Part shown: one piece after another, positions 52,623 to 58,611 of the stretch
Layout of the letters: every line of letters starts with the position of its first letter
Position numbering within the stretch: position 1 is the stretch's first letter
From: Candidatus Magasanikiibacteriota bacterium
GTDB taxonomy: Bacteria > Patescibacteriota > Patescibacteriia > Magasanikbacterales > UBA922
Length of the DNA: 58,611 nt
Assembly: GCA_043809645.1 (NCBI GenBank)
Contig: JBDROX010000028.1
Location: forward strand, 1 to 58,611
Reading direction: 5' to 3'
The notes under the pieces: model-generated
Databases searched by the model: none
What the model was told of the DNA's origin: nothing
Seen by the model: the letters and a program-made list of their open reading frames with translations, nothing else
Translations under genes and position numbers: made by a program

Positions 52623-52631
52623 AAGATATGT

Positions 52632-52686
52632 GTGGCCGAGGAGGGTGCGACCTTCTTCTTAAAGGAAGCAGTGACCTCCCGGCCAC
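52632..52686 (+). other. 55-nt GC-rich hairpin opening a about 280-nt GC-rich non-coding tail (52632-52915)
   Basis: GTGGCCG-A-GGAGG ... CCTCC-CGGCCAC. Further stems lie at 52822-52853 (CAGGTG...CACCTG) and 52855-52870 (ATCTCG-CAAG-CGAGAT). No convincing ORF appears on either strand. Confidence 0.4.
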
Positions 52687-52975
52687 TAGTGTAGGTGCGC
52701 TCGTCAAGCATTGTGATGGCGTTTTAGGCTGCTTTCACGACAGCTTGAGTCTAACATAATCCGCGAATATTGATTGTGAGTAGCCAATACCCATGAGGAA
52801 ATGCGGCGTGCATGTAGGAGCGCAGGTGGTCTGCAATGAGTCTGCGGTCACCTGGATCTCGCAAGCGAGATTCGGTAGTTTACAGTATCAGCATTGCACG
52901 ATCCTTTCTCTAGAAAAAAATATTTTCAAGAGAAAGCATCATGAAATATTCAGGATTTATAATTATATACTACTC

Positions 52976-53004
52976 TTGCATTCTTGTCAACCTTATGATA
53001 TCAT
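52976..53004 (+). promoter_or_regulatory. Promoter of uvrB (TTGCAT-17 nt-TATCAT)
   Basis: Exact 17-nt spacing, 44 nt upstream of the ATG. Confidence 0.45.
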
Positions 53005-53047
53005 TGTTCTGTAAAAAGTGCTAAAATAAGCGAAAAAAGGTAGTTTT

Positions 53048-55090
53048 ATGAGCTTTAAACTTCATTCATCTTATAAACCAGCAGGAGATCAACCTCAGGC
53101 AATAAAGGGGCTTGTTTCTGGTCTTATAAAAGGAGAGAAAAAGCAAACCCTCCTTGGTGTGACAGGTTCTGGAAAGACATTTACTATTGCAAATGTGATA
53201 GAGCAGTCCCAGCTTCCAACTCTTGTGATTGCACATAATAAAACGCTTGCAGCCCAATTGTGTAACGAGTTTCGTGAATTTTTTCCTGACAATGCAGTTG
53301 AGTATTTTGTCAGTTATTATGACTATTACCAACCAGAAGCGTATATTCCAGGAAGTGATACATATATTGAAAAAGAGGCACAAATTAATCAAGAGATAGA
53401 CAGGCTCAGACATGCTTGTACTCAAGCACTGATTTCTCGAAAAGATGTTATTATTGTTGCGTCTGTGTCTGCCATCTATAGTCTTGGAAATCCACTTGAG
53501 TATGAGAGGATTGTTCTTCATCTCGAAGCCGGGCAGCAGCTCGATAGGCGTGGAATGATGGAGCACCTCGTCAAAATGCAGTTCGAACGAACAAATATGG
53601 TTCCTCAGAGGGGGCAGTTTAGGATGCGTGGACAGGTATTTGAAATCATGCCGATTAACGAGGAGGTTATCTACAGATTTGAGATTAGCAAACAGATTGA
53701 TCTGATTGAGCGAGTGAATGCAGTATCTCGAAAGGTTGAGAGAGGACAAGAAGGTGTCTGGTTTTTTCCGGCAAAGCATTATGTGCTGGCGGACGAAGCG
53801 CGTGAGGCCGGCTTTGGAATAATAAAAGAAGAACTCAAGATTCGCCTCGCCGAACTAAAAAAAGAAAAGAAAGTACTCGAGTACGAAAGACTCAAGAGGC
53901 GAACTCGATATGATCTCGAGATGATCAAGAATATTGGGTATTGCACAGGTATTGAGAATTATTCACGACATTTTGATGGCCGTCAGCCAGGTGAGCCACC
54001 ATTCACACTGCTTGATTACTTTTCTCACAACAACGAGAAATTTCTAACTGTGATTGATGAATCTCATGTAACCATTCCACAGGTTAGGGCAATGTTCAAT
54101 GGTGACAGAGCACGGAAGGAGACGCTTGTTGATCATGGATTTCGACTTCCAAGTGCAAAGGACAATAGACCACTCACATTCGATGAGTTCGAAGAGAGGG
54201 CGGGGCAGACTATCTATGTTTCTGCCACACCATCAGAATATGAGTATAAGGAGAGCGGGCGGATTGTAGAGCAAATTGTTCGTCCGACTGGGCTTATTGA
54301 TCCAGAAGTTATTATTCAGCCATTAACATCAAAAGGTGGTTGTAAAAGCCAAGTTGAGGATGTTATTGAAAGGATACAGGATCGTATGTCAAAAGGTGAA
54401 CGAACACTCGTAACTACACTTACAAAGCGTATGGCAGAAGATCTTACTGATTATCTTGAAAAGAAGAAGATACGGGTGAGGTATCTCCACAGTGATGTGA
54501 AAACAATAGAACGTATTGAAGTTATTACTGACTTACGAAAAGGTGTTATCGACGTCATTGTAGGTGTGAATCTGCTTCGCGAGGGGTTGGATATTCCTGA
54601 GGTATCTCTCGTTGCAATTCTCGATGCTGACAAAGAAGGATTTTTACGTAGTGAAACAAGTCTCGTCCAGACGATTGGTCGAGCGGCTCGAAATGTGAAT
54701 GGTCAGGTAATTCTCTATGCAGACGAAATGACCGGTTCTATTGAGCGGGCGATTGGAGAGACAGATAGGCGTCGAGAAATCCAACTTGCATACAATAAGA
54801 AGCATAAGATTACACCGAAGACAATTGAAAAGAGTATTCGAAATATTTTGGAGGAGTTCGGTATTTCTTCGAAGCATGGGAAGAAGAAAGAAGTAAGGCA
54901 GAGAAATCAGAAGATACTTGATCTTGATTTGAAGGGTGATGGAAGAAGCCTGCCTGTCATCATAAAAGAGAAAGAAAAGAAAATGCGAGAGGCAGCGAAA
55001 GACCTTCATTTCGAACTCGCTGCCATTCTCCGTGATGAAATTGCTGTTCTCCAGAAAGTAGAGGAGATAAAGGTAAAAGAGAAGAAATAA
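53048..55090 (+). CDS. uvrB: Excinuclease ABC subunit B
   Basis: LLGVTGSGKTFT, YYDYYQPEAY, DESH and the C-terminal UVR motif (FELAAILRDEI). Confidence 0.97.
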   Translation: MSFKLHSSYKPAGDQPQAIKGLVSGLIKGEKKQTLLGVTGSGKTFTIANVIEQSQLPTLVIAHNKTLAAQLCNEFREFFPDNAVEYFVSYYDYYQPEAYIPGSDTYIEKEAQINQEIDRLRHACTQALISRKDVIIVASVSAIYSLGNPLEYERIVLHLEAGQQLDRRGMMEHLVKMQFERTNMVPQRGQFRMRGQVFEIMPINEEVIYRFEISKQIDLIERVNAVSRKVERGQEGVWFFPAKHYVLADEAREAGFGIIKEELKIRLAELKKEKKVLEYERLKRRTRYDLEMIKNIGYCTGIENYSRHFDGRQPGEPPFTLLDYFSHNNEKFLTVIDESHVTIPQVRAMFNGDRARKETLVDHGFRLPSAKDNRPLTFDEFEERAGQTIYVSATPSEYEYKESGRIVEQIVRPTGLIDPEVIIQPLTSKGGCKSQVEDVIERIQDRMSKGERTLVTTLTKRMAEDLTDYLEKKKIRVRYLHSDVKTIERIEVITDLRKGVIDVIVGVNLLREGLDIPEVSLVAILDADKEGFLRSETSLVQTIGRAARNVNGQVILYADEMTGSIERAIGETDRRREIQLAYNKKHKITPKTIEKSIRNILEEFGISSKHGKKKEVRQRNQKILDLDLKGDGRSLPVIIKEKEKKMREAAKDLHFELAAILRDEIAVLQKVEEIKVKEKK

Positions 55091-55140
55091 AAGAAAAACA
55101 TAAAACCCCCAAAAGGGGATTTTATGAATCTTGATGAATG

Positions 55141-55638
55141 TTAGTTTACGTTGACCATTACATCATTACTATACACAGTACAAGCATCATCCTTTACAAC
55201 ACAAACTCGAAAATGTGCTTCGCCCTCTGGAAGGTCTTTCCAGTCGAGCGCTCTGTACGCCGAACCTCGTTCCCACCACCAGTTGGCAGGGTCAGTTGGA
55301 TCCTTATCTTCTCCTCTGACAAATCTATATCCTTCTGCCTCTCCAGCAAGGTCTTTTGGTACGTTCCACTCAAAGTGGACTATTTTTTCCCCAGTAGCCT
55401 CTGCAGTGAGTATAAATTCCTTAACTTCCATATGTGTGAGCTCTTCTTTTGTTGGTTCCTTCCCATCGATATCAGCGCTAGTATTTACTGATTCCTTATC
55501 TGTCATATCTCCTGTAGTCTCAGTTTTTGTTGAAGTGCCTGAGGTAGTGGAGTCTGAAGGTGTTTTTTCCTTGCAGCCGGCACCAGTGAGGGCGAAAGCA
55601 ATTGCAATGCATGCACACACGAGTGAGGTCTTTCTCAT
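55141..55638 (-). CDS. Lipoprotein, function unknown
   Basis: MRKTSLVCACIAIAFALTGAGC has a lipobox. I chose the ATG at 55638. Confidence 0.6.
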   Translation of the reverse strand: MRKTSLVCACIAIAFALTGAGCKEKTPSDSTTSGTSTKTETTGDMTDKESVNTSADIDGKEPTKEELTHMEVKEFILTAEATGEKIVHFEWNVPKDLAGEAEGYRFVRGEDKDPTDPANWWWERGSAYRALDWKDLPEGEAHFRVCVVKDDACTVYSNDVMVNVN

Positions 55639-55693
55639 ACAATGTGTTTGTAAAGATAAATAATGAGATCTACATTGGAAATTCAACTATTTT

Positions 55694-56036
55694 TCATAGT
55701 TCACTTTCCTTGGTTATGAGGATAGGGTCAGTGTCTGTATCGATTTTTCCATCAGTTTTTACTATAAGTATAACATCTTTGTTGTTACATTGGAGGGTTG
55801 TGTAGAATGCTTTACAGTGTCTTTTGCAGAGTTTGCCATCATTCACCCTCTTCCACGGCAATATCTACGGTGGCTGAGACTGTATTAATATCTTCCTCTT
55901 CCATAGAGCCTTCTATTACTGTGTCAGCCTTTGTAGGGAGTGGTTCTGGTGAGGGTGTTATTGGTTGGGTGGCTGTGCTGCATCCAGCACCGAGTAGGAG
56001 GAGAAGTCCTCCAATTGCCAAGAGATTCTTTCTCAT
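55694..56036 (-). CDS. Small lipoprotein, either 65 aa (55839-56036) plus a separate 50-aa ORF, or one frameshifted about 115-aa gene
   Basis: MRKNLLAIGGLLLLLGAGC has a lipobox and the ORF stops at TGA 55839-55841. A second frame starting at GTG 55846 reads VNDGKLCKRHCKAFYTTLQCNNKDVILIVKTDGKIDTDTDPILITKESEL up to 55694. Confidence 0.45.
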
Positions 56037-56047
56037 ATAGTCAATAA

Positions 56048-57226
56048 TTATGTATGATTAAATGTGTCTGTATTATGGTGATCTGGGTCTGTATTGTCAA
56101 GTTTTTGATGTTCTGTACCTATGGCATCTGAAATGCTTTTATAACCATCTTCTTCTAGAAGATTTACTAAATCTTGATTTATTTCACTAATAATCTGAGG
56201 ACCTTCATAGATCATGCCAGTGATCATCTGCACGAGTGAGGCGCCAGCTTTTATTTTCTTATATGCATCTTCTGCAGAAAATATTCCTCCACAACCGATG
56301 ATAATGAATCTTTCTTTATAATTTTTGTATGCAAAGCGGATAAGTTTGAGAGACTGTTCGGATGTTGGTTTTCCAGAAAAATTGCCTTTTCCAGCTTTTT
56401 CAATTTCTTCCTTATCAAAATGAGGATTTGATCTATCTTTGCAGAGGTTGGAAAAAATAAAACCTTTTATGAAGTTATGTTCCTTTGCAATTTCCATAAG
56501 TCTTCTCGTTCCCTCAATAGATTTTTCCAAATGCATCTTGACAAAAATTGGTTTGTTGAACTGAAGTGAACTGAGGAGTTCGAGGAGCATCTTGAATCCA
56601 CTCTCACTTGAGAATGAGTCTGCATCAGAGCCAACATGAGAAAGGTTAGGGCAGCTAATGTTCAATTCATAATATGACCCGAGCCTTGAGTTGATAGCTT
56701 TTCGAAATCCCTCGACAACATCCTTAGCCTGGTCTTCTAGCGAATTGTATTTTTTATTCGTTGATCCAATACTAATTCCAAGTGGTATTGTTTCAATCGT
56801 ATATTTCATGTGCCTAAGATTTTTATCCATGCCTGCACTCTTGAATCCTTTGTTCACGAGGAGGGATTTTGATTTTGGAAGTCTCCCAAGTCTTGGTTTT
56901 TCATTCCCTTCATAGGGTTCATTTGTGATGGTTCCGACTGTGTGGAAGCCAAATCCTAGGTGAGGAAGTACTCCAATCCATTTCGCATCGTAGTCAAATC
57001 CTGCTGCCAGGCCAATTGGATTATCAAATTTGAGTCCGGAAATATGCTGTTTTAGTGCAAGGTGTTTGAAACTGAAGAAAAAGTCAAATGTTTTTTGAAA
57101 CACTTTGTTCTTTCCAAAGTGTTTCATCGCGCCAGTCATATGGTTGTGTACTTTTTCTGGATCAATTCGAAAATAGATCGGTTTCATGATCTTTTGGTAG
57201 AGAAATTTTATTGCTTTGATTTTCAT
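56048..57226 (-). CDS. pyrD: Dihydroorotate dehydrogenase-like flavoprotein (PyrD family, class 2-like)
   Basis: GLKFDNPIGLAAGFD, TVGTIT, LLVNKGF, SCPN and GCGGIFSAEDAY. Confidence 0.75.
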   Translation of the reverse strand: MKIKAIKFLYQKIMKPIYFRIDPEKVHNHMTGAMKHFGKNKVFQKTFDFFFSFKHLALKQHISGLKFDNPIGLAAGFDYDAKWIGVLPHLGFGFHTVGTITNEPYEGNEKPRLGRLPKSKSLLVNKGFKSAGMDKNLRHMKYTIETIPLGISIGSTNKKYNSLEDQAKDVVEGFRKAINSRLGSYYELNISCPNLSHVGSDADSFSSESGFKMLLELLSSLQFNKPIFVKMHLEKSIEGTRRLMEIAKEHNFIKGFIFSNLCKDRSNPHFDKEEIEKAGKGNFSGKPTSEQSLKLIRFAYKNYKERFIIIGCGGIFSAEDAYKKIKAGASLVQMITGMIYEGPQIISEINQDLVNLLEEDGYKSISDAIGTEHQKLDNTDPDHHNTDTFNHT

Positions 57227-57297
57227 ACCAGGCTATTGTAGCAGACTGCTCAATTTTGTCGAGGGATCAAAAAAGAGGGTAGACCCTCTTTTTTCTA

Positions 57298-58425
57298 TTA
57301 TTTTGTACGCAGTGTGAATGTAAAGGTCGTTCCTTTTCCTTCTCCTCCGCTTGTGGATTCGAGTTTTCCTTTCATTTTTTCTATCATTTTCTTTGTTATA
57401 TAGAGGCCAAGACCGGTTCCTTCCTTGTCCTGAACAGCTTTTCTCTCCGAACGAAAGAATTTATCGAAGATTTTTTTTTGATCTTCTGGAGTGAGACCAA
57501 GACCAGTATCTGCAATGGTCACGAGGACCTGCCCTTTTTCTTTTTGTGTTGAAATAGTAACGAACCCTTTTTCGGTGTTATATTTGATAGCGTTGGAGAG
57601 GAGGTTTATAAGCACCTGTTTTACTTTGCGTTCATCAGCAAGTACTTGGGGCAGTATTAATTTTTTATATCGAATGGTAACACCGGACATCTTTGCCATT
57701 GGTCTTATCTCACGCATTGCGTCCCCAATAGTATTTGGAAGTGAGACTTTCTTTATATCCATTTTGAATGTGCCGTGTTCTATGCGGGCAACATCGAGAA
57801 GGTCATTGACGAGGTCTATAAGACGTTTGTTTGCATGTTCAGCATCCTCAAACATTTCTCTTCCATCTTTTGGCATTTTTTTATAGCACGACAGGTCCTT
57901 GAGACTCTCGAGGTTCCATCGAATTGCACTTACTGGACTTCTCAGTTCGTGTGCCGCAATGAAGACGAATTGATCTTTCAGCTTCTTTATTTCTTTTTGT
58001 TTTTTTATGGCTTTCTTAAAGGCATTTTCAAGATCTTTTGTTCTTTCTTTCACTTTTCTTTCAAGATTTCTATTCTGGTTGCGAATCTCTTTTTGTGCAA
58101 TGATTAGATCCTTATTTTTCTTTATTAGTTCTTTCACCGTAATATTAAATAGATAGGTCGTTATAAAAACGAAAATTGCCCCAAATGCAAAAATAAGACC
58201 TACCAGTAGTTCATGTGAAATATATTCTTTTTTTGCTATGAAGGAATACCCTGCAAAAAAATATCCTCCGAGAAAAAAAATGGTAAGAAGGAGAAGGCAA
58301 ACCCACCAGCATTTGAATTTAAATTCACCAAGAAGAAGATATGTTTTCCTAAAGTACCACATCGAAAATATAAAGTAGATGATACCAAGAAAAATTAAGT
58401 AGATTGCAACTGACTCGCTAACCAT
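57298..58425 (-). CDS. Membrane-bound sensor histidine kinase
   Basis: H box AAHELRSPVSAI, N box LLSNAIKYN, and G boxes DTGLGL / GTGLGLYI, with 3-4 N-terminal TM segments. I chose the ATG at 58425. Confidence 0.9.
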   Translation of the reverse strand: MVSESVAIYLIFLGIIYFIFSMWYFRKTYLLLGEFKFKCWWVCLLLLTIFFLGGYFFAGYSFIAKKEYISHELLVGLIFAFGAIFVFITTYLFNITVKELIKKNKDLIIAQKEIRNQNRNLERKVKERTKDLENAFKKAIKKQKEIKKLKDQFVFIAAHELRSPVSAIRWNLESLKDLSCYKKMPKDGREMFEDAEHANKRLIDLVNDLLDVARIEHGTFKMDIKKVSLPNTIGDAMREIRPMAKMSGVTIRYKKLILPQVLADERKVKQVLINLLSNAIKYNTEKGFVTISTQKEKGQVLVTIADTGLGLTPEDQKKIFDKFFRSERKAVQDKEGTGLGLYITKKMIEKMKGKLESTSGGEGKGTTFTFTLRTK

Positions 58426-58576
58426 ATTTTTTTTGAGTATATCATAGGAAAAAATAAAAATAAACGCTTTGCTTAGTATTTTCCACAATTGACATGGGCT
58501 GTGAAGTCGGTATACTAGAAGTAGCTCTTTTTTGTTATTCAGTAATAACCCCTCAGTCGGGGCTTTTTGTCGTGAT

Positions 58577-58611
58577 ATGCAAAACAAAATTATTATAAAA
58601 GGTGCGAGAGA
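58577..58611 (+). CDS. uvrA: Start of excinuclease ABC subunit A (runs off window)
   Basis: MQNKIIIKGARE matches the conserved UvrA N-terminus I.I.GAR.HNLK. Only 11 codons are visible. Confidence 0.45.
   Translation, partial: MQNKIIIKGAR

Noticed and set aside
52632-52900. SRP RNA or RNase P RNA in the GC-rich tail of island 3
   Set aside because: AGGAAGCAG resembles the SRP domain IV 3' strand, but the 5' strand and GNRA loop do not fit. GAGGAAAUGCGG / ACAGUAUCAGCAUU loosely mimic RNase P P4 strands, but they are only about 100 nt apart, leaving no room for a specificity domain.
51649-52981. 8-bp direct repeat TCTTGCAT (51649-51656 and 52974-52981) as a target-site duplication for island 3
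   Set aside because: Both copies are the -35 regions of promoter-like sequences. The right copy is about 60 nt beyond the compositional boundary, and an 8-mer with loose positioning is not significant.
53066-53779. Long antisense ORFs listed in the track (for example 53066-53779 opposite uvrB, 40845-41723 opposite recJ, 8272-8682, 19939-20349, 3762-4145, 6828-7292)
   Set aside because: Each lies entirely opposite a strongly supported conserved gene and has no recognisable motifs. This is typical shadow-ORF behaviour.
58549-58568. CCCC-TCAGTC-GGGG plus T-run hairpin just upstream of uvrA as a terminator
   Set aside because: No plus-strand gene precedes it within the window. It may be a 5' UTR structure or serve a gene outside the window, and it cannot be assigned.

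Overview
This is a 58.6-kb, gene-dense, low-GC fragment (about 30-40% GC by eye) read in the standard genetic code. Gene content suggests a Patescibacteria/CPR-type bacterium; this is inference from several observations. AlaRS and RpoA are truncated, PriA is degenerate, and the window holds a VirD4-like ATPase, an Elp3 homologue and many small membrane or secreted proteins. The housekeeping backbone includes glyA, tsaE, mnmA, alaS, infA-rpmJ-rpsM-rpsK-rpsD-rpoA-rplQ-rplM-rpsI, def-fmt-priA, rsmI, metG, murB, hpf, rnhA, recJ, lepA, murJ, corA, uvrB and the start of uvrA. A surface-glycan cluster (flippase, GT4, GT2, O-antigen-ligase-like) is also present.

Accessory or unusual content:
1. A diversity-generating retroelement (DGR-type RT plus Avd). 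The avd gene is inverted and nested between an Asn-codon-rich template-like tract and the RT, and a G9 homopolymer sits at the avd/RT junction.
2. Three short GC-rich (about 55-60%) single-gene islands with high-GC codon usage. One of them is the DGR-adjacent ORF, which is bounded by a 9-bp direct repeat and has no stop codon.
3. Six same-orientation tandem arrays of a 7-nt unit (RAAATTC). Five are embedded in frame in unrelated housekeeping genes, and mnmA is split exactly at one of them on a dnaX-like slippery motif.
4. A second, frameshifted four-helix-bundle (23S-IVS/Avd-family) gene bracketed by 27-nt inverted repeats.
5. Two candidate structured RNAs with consensus promoters and terminators.

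No tRNA, rRNA or CRISPR array was seen. Everything here is by-eye analysis. Homology calls rest on remembered family motifs, and GC values are rough counts.
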